The notes under the pieces: generated by a model | What the model was told of the DNA's origin: nothing | Databases searched by the model: none | Seen by the model: only the letters and a program-made list of their open reading frames with translations | Made by a program: the position numbers and the translations under genes | In this document: piece by piece, positions 8,541-20,241 of the stretch | Layout of the letters: each line of letters starts with the position of its first letter | Position numbering within the stretch: position 1 is the stretch's first letter | NCBI GenBank assembly: GCA_965202985.1 | Contig: CBDBCF010000001.1 | Coordinates: forward strand, 1,472,001 to 1,536,000 | Length of the DNA: 64,000 nt | Direction of reading: 5' to 3' | Origin: Longimicrobiales bacterium | Lineage (GTDB): Bacteria; Gemmatimonadota; Gemmatimonadetes; Longimicrobiales; Gaopeijiaceae

Positions 8541-9535
8541 GGGTTGCGCGCGGTCTCCAGGTTGGCCTCCACCCATTCTCGGGTCGCGGGGTGGAGTTCC
8601 ACGGGCGCGTCGCGCAGGAACTCCATGTCGATCTGGGACGCCATTTCGTGGACTTGATCCAGCGCCGAGGCGCCCTGTTGGGCCAGCAGCCCCGCGACCA
8701 GGGCCGCCACGTCGTCCGGAAGGTCGGAGCGGGCCACGATCCACGCGGGGATTCCCGCCGTGACCACGTCCGCTTCCATGCCCGGGTAGGCGCCCTGGGG
8801 GATCGCGCCCAGCGTGTAGTAGGGGTAGCGTTCGCGAAGGGCCTCGACCTTGTCCGGCGCGATCGGCAGCAACCGCGCGCCGCCGGTCGTGGTGGCCTCC
8901 AAGATCGCCGCCGCCGGGTAGCCGACGGAGATGACGGCGGCGTCCAGAGCGCCGTCCCGCAGGGCCGTGGCCGATTCGTTGAAGCTCAGGTAGCGCGGCG
9001 TCACGTCTTCGTAGTCCAAGCCGTGAACCTCCAAGATCTGGCGCGCCATCTGCTCGGTGCCGCTGCCGGGCGCCCCGACGGAGACCGTCCCGCCCGCAAA
9101 GTCCTCGATCGACGACGCCTCGGAGCCGCGGGAGACCACCACGTGGGCCATGTTGGGGTACAACGGCGCCACGACCCTCAGCCCTTGCACAGGCTGTTCG
9201 TAGTCTTGGCCTCCCACCGCGGCCTCGTACACCGTGTTGCCGGTGGCGAACGCCAAGTCGATCTGGCCCTCGCGCAACCGATTCACGTTCTCCACCGAAC
9301 CGCCGCTTACCTCCGCCGTGTACTGTCGCAGCGTGTCCGCCACAGACAGCCGGGCCGCCAGCGCACCCCCCAAGGGGTAGTAGATGCCGCCGGTGCCGCC
9401 TGTGCCGATGCTCAGGAATTCTTGGGAACCGGAATCGGAGCACGCCGAGAGGCCAGCGCTTGCCACCAGCACTGCCGCCGCCAGGGCTCGGAGCCCTCTC
9501 GTGGCCTTCGTCTCCCGTCCTGTCGTCGTCTTCAT
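8537..9535 (-). CDS. TAXI family TRAP transporter solute-binding lipoprotein
   Basis: Lipobox LSAC; IGTGGTGGIYYPLGG, GGSVEN, GAPGSGT, LHPA. Confidence 0.93.
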   Translation of the reverse strand: MKTTTGRETKATRGLRALAAAVLVASAGLSACSDSGSQEFLSIGTGGTGGIYYPLGGALAARLSVADTLRQYTAEVSGGSVENVNRLREGQIDLAFATGNTVYEAAVGGQDYEQPVQGLRVVAPLYPNMAHVVVSRGSEASSIEDFAGGTVSVGAPGSGTEQMARQILEVHGLDYEDVTPRYLSFNESATALRDGALDAAVISVGYPAAAILEATTTGGARLLPIAPDKVEALRERYPYYTLGAIPQGAYPGMEADVVTAGIPAWIVARSDLPDDVAALVAGLLAQQGASALDQVHEMASQIDMEFLRDAPVELHPATREWVEANLETARNP

Positions 9536-9590
9536 TTCACGTGAACGCCAGCGCCTTTCGCCCGAGCGAGACGGCCTTGCGGGCAGCCCG

Positions 9591-10737
9591 CTACGGCTTG
9601 GCGGCGCCGGGCGTGGAGCCGCCTTCCGGCGTCCCGAGCCTCGCCGCCCGCGCCAAGAAGTCGCCGCCGCTCGTGCAGTCGATGATCAGGTCCGCGATCT
9701 CCGCCACGCGCCCCGAGTCGCCAACTCCCTCCAACAACGCCGCCAGCCCCTCCGCCGTCTCCGAACCGAACTTCCGACCGGCCTGACGAACCAGCGTCGC
9801 CCGCTGCTCGCGCCGCGCCCGCGCCGCCTCCCGGCGACCCTCCTTGCGCCCCTGCGCTCGCCCCTGCGCCCGCCCCACGGCCCGACCCTCCGCACGTCCC
9901 TTGCGACGCTCCGCCAACCGCTCCGCGCCCCAGAACGTCTGCGCCACACGCTCCAAATCGCCCAACCGCTGCAATCGACTCACCTCCGCCTCCTTCGCTC
10001 CGTCCTCGATCAACGCGCTCCGTACCCACGCCGCCAAAGCACGGCTCGCAACCCCGTCCTCCGGCAACAACTCCCGCAACCTCCCGTAAGCCTCCACAAA
10101 CTCTCCTCGATCCCGCGTGTAGCGCAACCTCAACCCCGCAGCCCACGACGTGTCCGCAGACGCCAACGCCCGCGCCTCCCCCGCCTCCCACACCAACACG
10201 AACTCCTGACCCAGAGCGAACGGCAGAATCGCCCGCGCCTCCCCCGCCAGCAAGTCCTCCATCCGCGTCGGCCACGGCCACGGCCCCTCCCCCACGTACA
10301 CCACGAATCGGCAGCACCGGCGGCAGCTTCCGACGCCTCCGAACCTCCGGGTCCCGTGCCAGCAGATCGTCGTAGATCAACGCCGTCTCCAACAGTATCC
10401 GCGCAGGCATCCGCCAGTCCGGCTTCGACTGCGCCTCGAACACGAACACCACGTACAGCCACGTGTCCCGGAACGGCGCCCGCCACACCAGGTCCGCGTG
10501 ACGGACCTTCCTGAACTCCAGGTCCACGTACTCCGTCTGCCCCTTCGACAGCCCGTCCAGGTCCAGCCGGGCGGCGATCTCTGCCGGAACGACCTTGCCC
10601 AGGACGCGCTCGGCCAGGAACTCGGCCACGACCTGCTTGTCCCCGTAGAACGCCTTCGCGCTCTTGTCCTTCGGCTGGTGGACCGCACGGCGGCTACGGT
10701 CTCGGGCGCTGTGGTCTCGGGGGCTTGCGGGGGCCAT
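9591..10737 (-). pseudogene. Rpn/YhgA-like recombination-promoting nuclease (PD-(D/E)XK), single +1 frameshift
   Basis: KDKSAK, ADLVW, FEAQSKPDWRMPARIL, LPPVLPI then VVYVGEGPW in the next frame; C-terminal GRAEGRAVGRAQG repeats and RKFG; extra base at 10306/10307. Confidence 0.85.
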
Positions 10738-10890
10738 GGGCGTCTCCTCGGGAGCGGCGTGGTCGGGGGCTCCGACGGCCCGGCTGGCGCGGGCCGCGAG
10801 AGCCGCGTCCCGAACGGTGGCGACTCCTTGCGGATAGCTCCATAGCTGGATGGGACACTCCGACAGCTGGTCCAAACGCGATTTCGACGC

Positions 10891-12822
10891 CTAGAATGTC
10901 CGCGTCGATGTCCCGTTTTCGGGCCTCGAGTGTCCGGTGTTCGAATCCGCTCGCGCGCCCAGCAGTCCCGCCCCCAGAAACAGCACCAAGCCGGCGACGT
11001 CCCAGAGCACGCCTTGGGCGATCAGCGCCAGCGCCGCGGCCAAGAGGGCGATCCGCCGCACGGGGCCGATCGCGCCCCGAACGTAGCCCGTCACCGCGCC
11101 GGCCAGGGCGACGGCACCCGCCAACGCCGACACCGAGGTCGCGAGGATTTCGCCGGGCGTCCCTTGCAGGATCAAGGGCGGCGCGTAGATGAACATGAAC
11201 GGCACCAGGAAGCCCACCGACGCCAGCCCCATGGCGGTCCAGCCCGTCCGGAGGGGCGGCGAGCCGGCGATTCCGGCGGCGGCGTAGGCGGCCAGCGACA
11301 CGGGCGGCGTCACGTTGGAGATGCAGCCGAAGTAGAAGATGAACAGGTGGGCGGCCAGCAAGGGCACGCCTAGCTCGACCAGCGCCGGCGCCCCCAGAGC
11401 CGCCAGGACCACGTAGGCCGCGGTCGTGGGAAGCCCCATGCCCAAGACGATCGATCCCAGGGCGGTCAGGATCAGGGCGACGGGAAGGCGGCCCTGCGAG
11501 ACCACCATGATGAACTCGGACATGCGGAGCCCGATCCCGGTCAGCGACGCCACGCCGACCACGATCCCCGCCGCCGCACAAGCTGCCGCCACCTGCACCG
11601 CCCCCCGAGCCCCTGCGCGCAGCGCTTGGGCCACCTGCTGCCGGTCCATGCGGGTCGCCTTGACGACCGAGGACGCCAGCAACGACGAGACCACGCCCCA
11701 GAACGCGGCCCTCATCGGCGAACGTCCCATGGCCAGCATGACCACGATGATCCCGATCGGCAGCAGCAGATGGACGCGCCGGGCCAGTCCTTCCGCAACC
11801 GCCGAGCCGCCACGGTCGCCGGAAGCCGCCGAACCCCCTAGCCCCGCCTTGCCCGCCTGGAAGTGGATCGCCCATAGCAGCGCCGCGTAGTACAGGATCG
11901 CGGGCACGGCGGCGGCCAAGGCTACCCGGCCGTAGGGGATGTTCGTCCACGTGGCCAGGATGAACGCGCCCGCACCCATGACCGGCGGCATGAGCTGCCC
12001 CCCGGTGCTGGCGGCGGCCTCGATGGCGCCCGCGAAGTACGGCTTGAAGCCGGAACGCCGCATGAGAGGAATCGTAAACGTGCCGGTCGTGACCACGTTG
12101 GCGACGGCGCTTCCCGAGAGCGACCCCATGAAGGCGCTGGACACGGCCGCCGTCTTGGCGGGGCCGCCCCGTGTGCGCCCGGCCACCCGGTCCGCCAAGG
12201 CGATCAGCAGCTTCCCGCCGCCCGCCGCGTCCAAGAAGGCGCCGAAGAGCACGAACAGGTACACGAAGTCCGCCGACACCCCCAGCGGAACCCCCCACAC
12301 CCCTTCGGTGGACAGGAAGAGCTGTTCGACCAAGCGACCAGGTCCGTACCCCCGATGCGCCAGGATGCCGGGAAGCCAAGGCCCCGCCAGGGCGTACGCC
12401 AGCGCCGCGAGAGCCACGACGACCAGCCCCCAGCCCGTCGCCCGCTTGGCGAGCACCAGCACGCCCGCCACGACCACCACGCCCGCCGCCAAGTCCAGTC
12501 CCGTCGGGTTCCCCGAGCGCGCGACCAGTGCCTCGTTCTGGGAGACCAAGTACAGGGCGCACGCCACCAGCGCAACCCCGGCCGCCGCGTTGAAGCCCCA
12601 GCCCCAGCGCGACCGGGGAAGTGCGCGCACCCCCACGCCCATGAACGCCAGCGCCGCCATGAGCGCCAAGTGAACCGGCCGCTGCACAAGCGCCGTGAAG
12701 GGCGCCACGCCGGCACCGTACAGATGGAAGAGCGCGGCCGCGGCGGCCACGACCAGAATCGTTCGGTTCAGCCAGCGCCCGCGCGGCGTGCCGACCTCTT
12801 CGCCTGGTGCCGCTCCTCCCAC
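10891..12822 (-). CDS. TRAP transporter fused permease (4TM/12TM)
   Basis: GGPAKTAAVSSAFMGSLSGSAVANVVTTG, AAASTGGQLMPPVMGAGAF, GMGLPTTAAY, TPPV. Confidence 0.95.
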   Translation of the reverse strand: MGGAAPGEEVGTPRGRWLNRTILVVAAAAALFHLYGAGVAPFTALVQRPVHLALMAALAFMGVGVRALPRSRWGWGFNAAAGVALVACALYLVSQNEALVARSGNPTGLDLAAGVVVVAGVLVLAKRATGWGLVVVALAALAYALAGPWLPGILAHRGYGPGRLVEQLFLSTEGVWGVPLGVSADFVYLFVLFGAFLDAAGGGKLLIALADRVAGRTRGGPAKTAAVSSAFMGSLSGSAVANVVTTGTFTIPLMRRSGFKPYFAGAIEAAASTGGQLMPPVMGAGAFILATWTNIPYGRVALAAAVPAILYYAALLWAIHFQAGKAGLGGSAASGDRGGSAVAEGLARRVHLLLPIGIIVVMLAMGRSPMRAAFWGVVSSLLASSVVKATRMDRQQVAQALRAGARGAVQVAAACAAAGIVVGVASLTGIGLRMSEFIMVVSQGRLPVALILTALGSIVLGMGLPTTAAYVVLAALGAPALVELGVPLLAAHLFIFYFGCISNVTPPVSLAAYAAAGIAGSPPLRTGWTAMGLASVGFLVPFMFIYAPPLILQGTPGEILATSVSALAGAVALAGAVTGYVRGAIGPVRRIALLAAALALIAQGVLWDVAGLVLFLGAGLLGARADSNTGHSRPENGTSTRTF

Positions 12823-12871
12823 TTGGCTATCAGCCCGTTGCGACTCGAGACGATCCGAGCAGGGAGCAGGG

Positions 12872-13594
12872 TTAGGCGAAAGCCGAGAAGACCGCCGTGC
12901 CGATCAGGGCAAAGGCCAGCGTCATCCCCACCGTGACGGCTGCGGTCGGTCCCCAGCGCCGGCGCGGATCCAAAAGCGACAGCCCCAGTCCTGCGACCAC
13001 CGCGTACCAGAGGCCGAACAGCGACACTCTGCCAAGGAAGCTCGACAGAAAGCCGTCCGGGAGAAACGGCGCCAGCCCGCCCACTGACAGGGTCTCTGGA
13101 CCAGGGGAGAGGCCCGCGGCGGACATGGCTAGAAGTGCCACGCTTGCCAAGCTGTTTAGGATCATGGAATGGGACATCACCGCCAGATGCTGCCGGAAGG
13201 TGGCCTCGTCGCCGCGGACGAAGACGAAAGCGACGTAGGTGATCCCGCTCGCCGCCAGCACCCCGATCAGAACGGCCGGCAGTACTATCACCAAGGAGAC
13301 GAACCGCATGATCGTCGACATCTCGAAGCCTTCGACACCTTGGCCGGCCGGCATTGCCGGCATTGCCGACGGGACAAAAACCCCTAGCGCGCCGAACGCC
13401 GCAGCCACCACCGTCGCGCCGAACCATGCGGGGCGGGCTGCCAAACGCGGAAAGAGGTCGCCGGGGCTGAAGACGACCATGCTGACCCTGTGGAGCAGGT
13501 TGGGAAGGGGGGGAGCGTCGTCGCCGTCCATCGCGCCGGCGTCCGGATCGCCCTCGGCGGCCGCGGCCCACTCGTCTTGATGCGGGTCCGTCAT
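12872..13594 (-). CDS. YIP1-like membrane protein
   Basis: VVFSPGDLF..L..RPAW followed by ~5 TM segments. Confidence 0.65.
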   Translation of the reverse strand: MTDPHQDEWAAAAEGDPDAGAMDGDDAPPLPNLLHRVSMVVFSPGDLFPRLAARPAWFGATVVAAAFGALGVFVPSAMPAMPAGQGVEGFEMSTIMRFVSLVIVLPAVLIGVLAASGITYVAFVFVRGDEATFRQHLAVMSHSMILNSLASVALLAMSAAGLSPGPETLSVGGLAPFLPDGFLSSFLGRVSLFGLWYAVVAGLGLSLLDPRRRWGPTAAVTVGMTLAFALIGTAVFSAFA

Positions 13595-14457
13595 GGGGAT
13601 CCTCCCGTGTCGTTCGCCAGCCGGACCCGAACGGGACCGGACGCCTCCATCGTCATCGGCGGCACACCCATGCCGCCGACCTCGACGGTTCCGGACATGG
13701 TCCTGTTCATGTCGGAGGCGTAGAGCAGCGCGCGTTCCAAGTCCCACAGCAACATGCCGCTGTCGCTACCGGACAAGGTCGTCGTCATCTCCATGCCTTG
13801 CTGGACCGCCTTCGTTTCGGCCTCGGTCTCGGCCTCGACGCTTATGGCCAGCAGCGAACGGCCGTCGACCACCGTGTCCCCGATCGCCATGTACTGGTAG
13901 ACCGTCGTGGAGGTCGTTTCCGCCTCGCCTTCGCTCGCCGACCAAGTCACCGTGTCCACCCAAGAGTCGCCCGCGCCGGCGGCACGGCTGGGAAGCCGGG
14001 GGAAGATCCCGCGCACCCTTGCGTTGAAGTTGGCAAGCTGGGCCGCAACGCCCGACGCCGCCGGCACCGAGACCACGTCCTCCACGCCCCGGCCGTCCAA
14101 CGTGAACACGAGCGGCCCCTCCAGGTCGTCGGGGCCTGCGGTCAAGGGCCCGCCCATGGGCTGTTCCACCGTGGCGTCCCAAGCGGTCACCTCGCTCGTC
14201 ACGCGGACGCCGACCGGGTCGTCCTCGAACGTCATGTCCAGCTGCATGGTCGACGATTGGCCCATCTCCATCGGACCCATCGGGGAATCGACCGTGGCCG
14301 TCATGGTGTCGGCAACGTGGTAGGTGACCGACGGCGGGCTGGGCAGTCGGAACCCCAGCACCGGGGCGGGGGCCTGCGCGCCGGGAGAGCCGCTCGACGA
14401 ACAGCCGGCGGCGGCGAAGAGCATCGCAACAAAGAGGAGTGTCCGACTGCGGGTCAT
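13591..14457 (-). CDS. Hypothetical lipoprotein (beta-rich)
   Basis: Lipobox AAAGC after hydrophobic stretch; FPRLP....GDSW motif. Confidence 0.7.
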   Translation of the reverse strand: MTRSRTLLFVAMLFAAAGCSSSGSPGAQAPAPVLGFRLPSPPSVTYHVADTMTATVDSPMGPMEMGQSSTMQLDMTFEDDPVGVRVTSEVTAWDATVEQPMGGPLTAGPDDLEGPLVFTLDGRGVEDVVSVPAASGVAAQLANFNARVRGIFPRLPSRAAGAGDSWVDTVTWSASEGEAETTSTTVYQYMAIGDTVVDGRSLLAISVEAETEAETKAVQQGMEMTTTLSGSDSGMLLWDLERALLYASDMNRTMSGTVEVGGMGVPPMTMEASGPVRVRLANDTGGSP

Positions 14458-14699
14458 TTTCGGGGCGCTCCGGGAGGGAGGACATGGAGGCTGCTCGGGT
14501 GTCGAAGGCCCAAGGTATCGGACGGGCGTCGCCCAGGCAAACACATGTTGTCCGCGCGGGGAGGCAGCCGGCGCCGATTCTGGCCGGGCGTCGGGCGATT
14601 CGTTATCGTTTTCGCCCCGGCCCCGCGAGGGTTGTCGTCCGGCCTGGAAAGGTCTGCGCGGCGGAGTCGGGCCGGAACCAACAAGCTGCCGAGGCGCGC

Positions 14700-15269
14700 G
14701 TGAGCTACTGGGACAATACCGACCGAATTCTCGAGAACATCGACCGGGCGCGGAGCCGGGACATGGAGCGGGCACTCTCGCTCAACGACCGGCGAGCCAG
14801 GGGACGCGAAATGGACGCCGAGATCCCCGACGGGGACGCCACCAGCCCCGAGCGTCTGAAGCGCGTCTTCGCGGTCGTGGAGGCTGCCTACAGGAGCGCG
14901 GCGCAGAGTTCGGAGATCGGACCGCTGGCGGCGCGCTTCCAGGCGATCGGCGACATCTCGCACCACGCGGCGCGGGGCGACGTGAGCGTGTCCGTTCACT
15001 ATCTGGACTCGGGCCGCCATGACGACGTGGGCGTGGTGCCCTTCGAGATCGGCAGCGTCCACCTGGAAGAAGCCAAGAAGGAGAGCCGCACGTCGAGGCC
15101 CGACGTGAACGCCATGAAGGTTCTGCGGCTCCGGCTTCGCGACGGCGTGTTGGCCGCCTACCGCAAGATCGAGCCCCGCCTTCGCGACGCCCTCAAGGAG
15201 CGGGCCGACATCGGCCACGTGGCGGCGGAGGTGACGCTGGACCTCCGGCCCGTCGAAACGCTGGAGTAG
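14700..15269 (+). CDS. Hypothetical protein
   Basis: Protein-like composition from GTG 14700 with GAGG upstream; no family recognised. Confidence 0.65.
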   Translation: MSYWDNTDRILENIDRARSRDMERALSLNDRRARGREMDAEIPDGDATSPERLKRVFAVVEAAYRSAAQSSEIGPLAARFQAIGDISHHAARGDVSVSVHYLDSGRHDDVGVVPFEIGSVHLEEAKKESRTSRPDVNAMKVLRLRLRDGVLAAYRKIEPRLRDALKERADIGHVAAEVTLDLRPVETLE

Positions 15270-15431
15270 GACCCGCCGGCAGCGAAGCCGCTTTGGAGGC
15301 GGCCCCGGACACTGGGAAGGCAGCCCCGGACACCAGTGAGGCGGCCTCCGACGCCGACTCAGACGCCGCCCCCGAAGGTTAGGCCCAACCAACCATGGAA
15401 GCGCCCAATTTCGGGGTGCATCGTTCCTTCC

Positions 15432-17206
<1,775 letters not shown>

Positions 17207-17210
<4 letters not shown>

Positions 17211-18337
17211 GGCGATGCTTGGCCGCTCGGGGCCTCGAAGACGAGCTTGCGCGTGGTCAGCGCCTCTATGCGATTCACGCGGGGCGCGACGCCGATGCCG
17301 GGGCCGGCGGGAACCGCCATGAGGCCGTCCTGCATCTCGAACTCCGGCTGCACGATGTCTTCGGCCCAGTAGCGCTTGGACCCGGAGATGTCGCCGGGCA
17401 ACGAGAAGCCGGGCAGGGAAGCCAGCGCGACGTTGTGCGCCCGACCGATCCCCGACTCCAGCATCCCGCCGCACCACACGGGCCATCCCGCGGCCCGACA
17501 GGTGTCGTGTATGGCAACCGAGGCCGCTAGGCCCCCGACCCGGCCGGGCTTGATGTTGACGATGCGCCCGGACGCCAAGTGCAACGCCAAGCGGGCGTCT
17601 TCGGGAGAGCACACGGATTCGTCCAAGCACACGGGCGTCTCGATGCGTCGCTGCAGCTCGGCGTGGTCAAGCAGGTCCTCGTGGCCCAGAGGCTGCTCGA
17701 TCATCATCAAGTCGAACTCGTCCAGTTCGCGGAGGCGCTCCATGTCGTCCGGCAATCGATAGGCCGAGTTCGCGTCGGCCATGACCGGCGCTTCGGCAAA
17801 GCGTTCGCGCACCGAACGCAGCGCGTCCACGTCGCGACCCGGCTTGATCTTGATCTTGATCTTGCGATAGCCCTCGCGGAGGTATTGCTCCACCTTCTCC
17901 AGCAGGGCGTCGTTCGTCTTCTGGATGCCGATGGAAACGCCCACCGGGACGTGGCCGCCCGGATCGCCCCCCAGCAACTCCGCCAGCGCCACGCGCCTGC
18001 GTTTCGCCTCCAAGTCCCAGCCCGCCATTTCGACGACGGCGCGTGCCATGGGGTGCCCTCGCAACCAGGGCGCAGGGTTCAGTCGCCGGGCGTCGTCGAC
18101 TTGGGCGCCAACCACCGCGGGCAACAGCCACTCCGACAGCACGTGCCAAGCCGTGTCGGTGGTCTCGTAGGAATAGCCGGGCGTTTCGCCGGCGACACAT
18201 TCGGACCAGCCTTCGACGCCTTCGGCTTCCAGCGTTAGAAGCACGATGCGACGGGATTGGGTGCCGCCGCTGCTGATCTCGAAGTACTCCTTGAGCTGCA
18301 ACGGCAACTCGCGGAGCACGGCGCGACGAATCTTCAT
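17207..18337 (-). CDS. menC: o-succinylbenzoate synthase / N-acylamino acid racemase (enolase superfamily)
   Basis: KIKIKPG, DANSAY, IEQP, LDES, NIKPGRVGG, CGGMLESGIG, PGDISGSKRYW. Confidence 0.9.
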
Positions 18338-18444
18338 GTCGAACGTTGACGCCGGAATAAAACGTTGCACCGGGACGGGCGATCCGGCGCGAAGCCGAGC
18401 CGGACCACCCGTCCGAGGCTGTGTCGTGGCGTGGCCGCTCTCTC

Positions 18445-18963
18445 TTAGCGTGCCTTCTTGCCCCCGCCCTTCTTCTTCGCGGCCGCGGCCTTCTCCGCCG
18501 CCAGGCGGTCGCGCCGGCGAACGGAGTGCAGCCCCGTGAGCAACGCCGCGCGGGTGGAGGACTTGACGCCGCCCTGCACCAGGGTGTCTCGGATCTGCGG
18601 AACCGAGTACTTGGTGCCGAACTCCGCGATGAACTTGCGGTACGCCTTCGTCACCCCCAGGCCGGCGTAGTGGCCGGCGGGCACGTTGGGGTGTCCCGCG
18701 CCGGCCTTGCGGCGGCGTCCGTTGGCGGGCTTGCGCTTGGGGGCGGCAGCCTTGCGCTTCGCGGCGACCTTGCGCTTCGGGGCGGGCTTGCGCTTCGCCG
18801 GCGCGCGGCGGGCGGGCTTTGCCGCCGGCTCCAAGACCGCCATGGCCTCGGTCAAGGCGTCGACCGCCTTCTTGAGTTTCTCGCCACGTTCGTTGTGGCG
18901 CGCCAGGTCGGCCTTGGCCTGTTTCAGGGCTGCGGCGTAGGCGTTTCGGGTTTTGACAGCCAT
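18445..18963 (-). CDS. Small basic putative nucleoid-associated protein (coiled coil + PAKRK-rich linker + HTH-like domain)
   Basis: Strong AAGGAGG RBS and own promoter; K/R/A/P-rich repeats; C-terminal domain shared with 3300-4007. Confidence 0.8.
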   Translation of the reverse strand: MAVKTRNAYAAALKQAKADLARHNERGEKLKKAVDALTEAMAVLEPAAKPARRAPAKRKPAPKRKVAAKRKAAAPKRKPANGRRRKAGAGHPNVPAGHYAGLGVTKAYRKFIAEFGTKYSVPQIRDTLVQGGVKSSTRAALLTGLHSVRRRDRLAAEKAAAAKKKGGGKKAR

Positions 18964-19051
18964 TTGATCAGCTTCCCTCCTTGAACCTGATCGGTAAGGG
19001 TTTCGTCCTCGCGTTGGCCGAACACTGACCAAAGGACTTGTGAACGAAAGA

Positions 19052-19080
19052 ACAATACTAAATGCGTCGCATTCGCACAA
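19052..19080 (-). promoter_or_regulatory. Sigma70-like promoter with palindromic operator in the spacer
   Basis: TTGTGC-17 nt-TATTGT on the minus strand; perfect palindrome AATGCG-T-CGCATT at 19061-19073. Confidence 0.55.
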
Positions 19081-19089
19081 CCGGAAGCG

Positions 19090-20241
19090 TCATACAGTCT
19101 GGAAGAGAGCCGCCAAGAACCGAATTCGCCTGGGTATGTCCGCAAGAAGAACGTACTCCCGCGACGTGTGCGCCCCGGCGCCGTCGGGTCCCAAGCCGTC
19201 CAGCGTTGGGCAACCGGCCGCCGACGTGAAGTTGCCGTCGCTCGCGCCGCCGGTCTCCCCTTCTTCCAGGTGGAACCCGATCCGCTCCGCCACGCGCTTC
19301 GCCGTTTCGAACAACCGGGCCGACTCGGGCGTTCGTTCCAGGGCGCCCCTGTTGATCTTGCCGTGCAAGCGCAGTGCGCATCGGTCGTCCACGGGCACGA
19401 GCGACCGCAGGCCGGCGTCCACGCGCCGTCCCTCGCTCGTTTTCCAAAACCGGACATCTACGCTGCATCGCGCACCTGCGGCGACCACGTTGCCGGCGGT
19501 GCCTCCGGAGATCGTGCCGACGTTGACCGTGGTTCCGGCTTCGGGCGCCGCAAGATCGTAGATGCGCGCAACCTGCAGCGCGGCCTCGTGCACCGCGCTG
19601 GCGCCTTTGTCGGGTTCGATCCCCGCGTGCGCGGCCCGGCCCGACACCTCCAGAACGTAGTCCGCCACGCCCTTGCGACGGGTCTTGGCGGCGCCTCCGG
19701 GCACCGACGGTTCCAGAACGAGCGCCGCCTTCGACGACCGCGCTTCGGCTTCGATGCGGCGACGAGAGTTGGGCGAACCGATCTCTTCGTCGCAGGTGGC
19801 CATGAACGTGATTGCAGAGCGCGGACTGCAACCTTGTTCCGCCAGAGCATCCAGGGCAGTGACGGCAACCGCGAGTCCGGCCTTCATGTCGTAGACGCCG
19901 GGGCCTCGGACCTTGTGCTGCGACACGTCGAAGGGACAGCGGTCCAGAGTGCCGGCGGGGTGCACAGTGTCTACGTGACCCAGGACGAGGATTGGGGCGT
20001 CCGCCGCGGTGGCGGCGCCGCCGTCGAAGCGAGCGACGACATGCTCGCCCAGACCCGGAGCGCGGATGCGCTCCACGCGGCCGCCGGCCTTGGTCAGCGC
20101 CGTGGCCAGCACCTCCGCCGCCTTCAAGTTTCCGTCTTGGTCGCGGCTTGGCGACTCGGTCTCGACCAGCGCGCGGAGCAGCGCCAAGCACATGTCCGTA
20201 CGCGCTTCCGCCAGCGAGGCGTCCACCGCAAACGAGCTCAC
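19090..20241 (-). CDS. M20 family metallopeptidase (glutamate carboxypeptidase-like)
   Basis: ESPS, GHVDTV, GPGVYDMKAG, DEEIGS, AHAG, GGASDGN, GAHT. Confidence 0.92.
   Translation of the reverse strand: MSSFAVDASLAEARTDMCLALLRALVETESPSRDQDGNLKAAEVLATALTKAGGRVERIRAPGLGEHVVARFDGGAATAADAPILVLGHVDTVHPAGTLDRCPFDVSQHKVRGPGVYDMKAGLAVAVTALDALAEQGCSPRSAITFMATCDEEIGSPNSRRRIEAEARSSKAALVLEPSVPGGAAKTRRKGVADYVLEVSGRAAHAGIEPDKGASAVHEAALQVARIYDLAAPEAGTTVNVGTISGGTAGNVVAAGARCSVDVRFWKTSEGRRVDAGLRSLVPVDDRCALRLHGKINRGALERTPESARLFETAKRVAERIGFHLEEGETGGASDGNFTSAAGCPTLDGLGPDGAGAHTSREYVLLADIPRRIRFLAALFQTV

Noticed and set aside
9533..9548. parS-like CATTTCACGTGAACGC (also TGTTCCACGTGATGCG at 428-443)
   Set aside because: Only the core or one arm matches; too many mismatches to call.
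18999..19045. Hammerhead-ribozyme-like GTCC...GAGGACGAAAC on the minus strand
   Set aside because: The obligatory CUGANGA core is absent upstream of the stem; kept only as a UTR hairpin.
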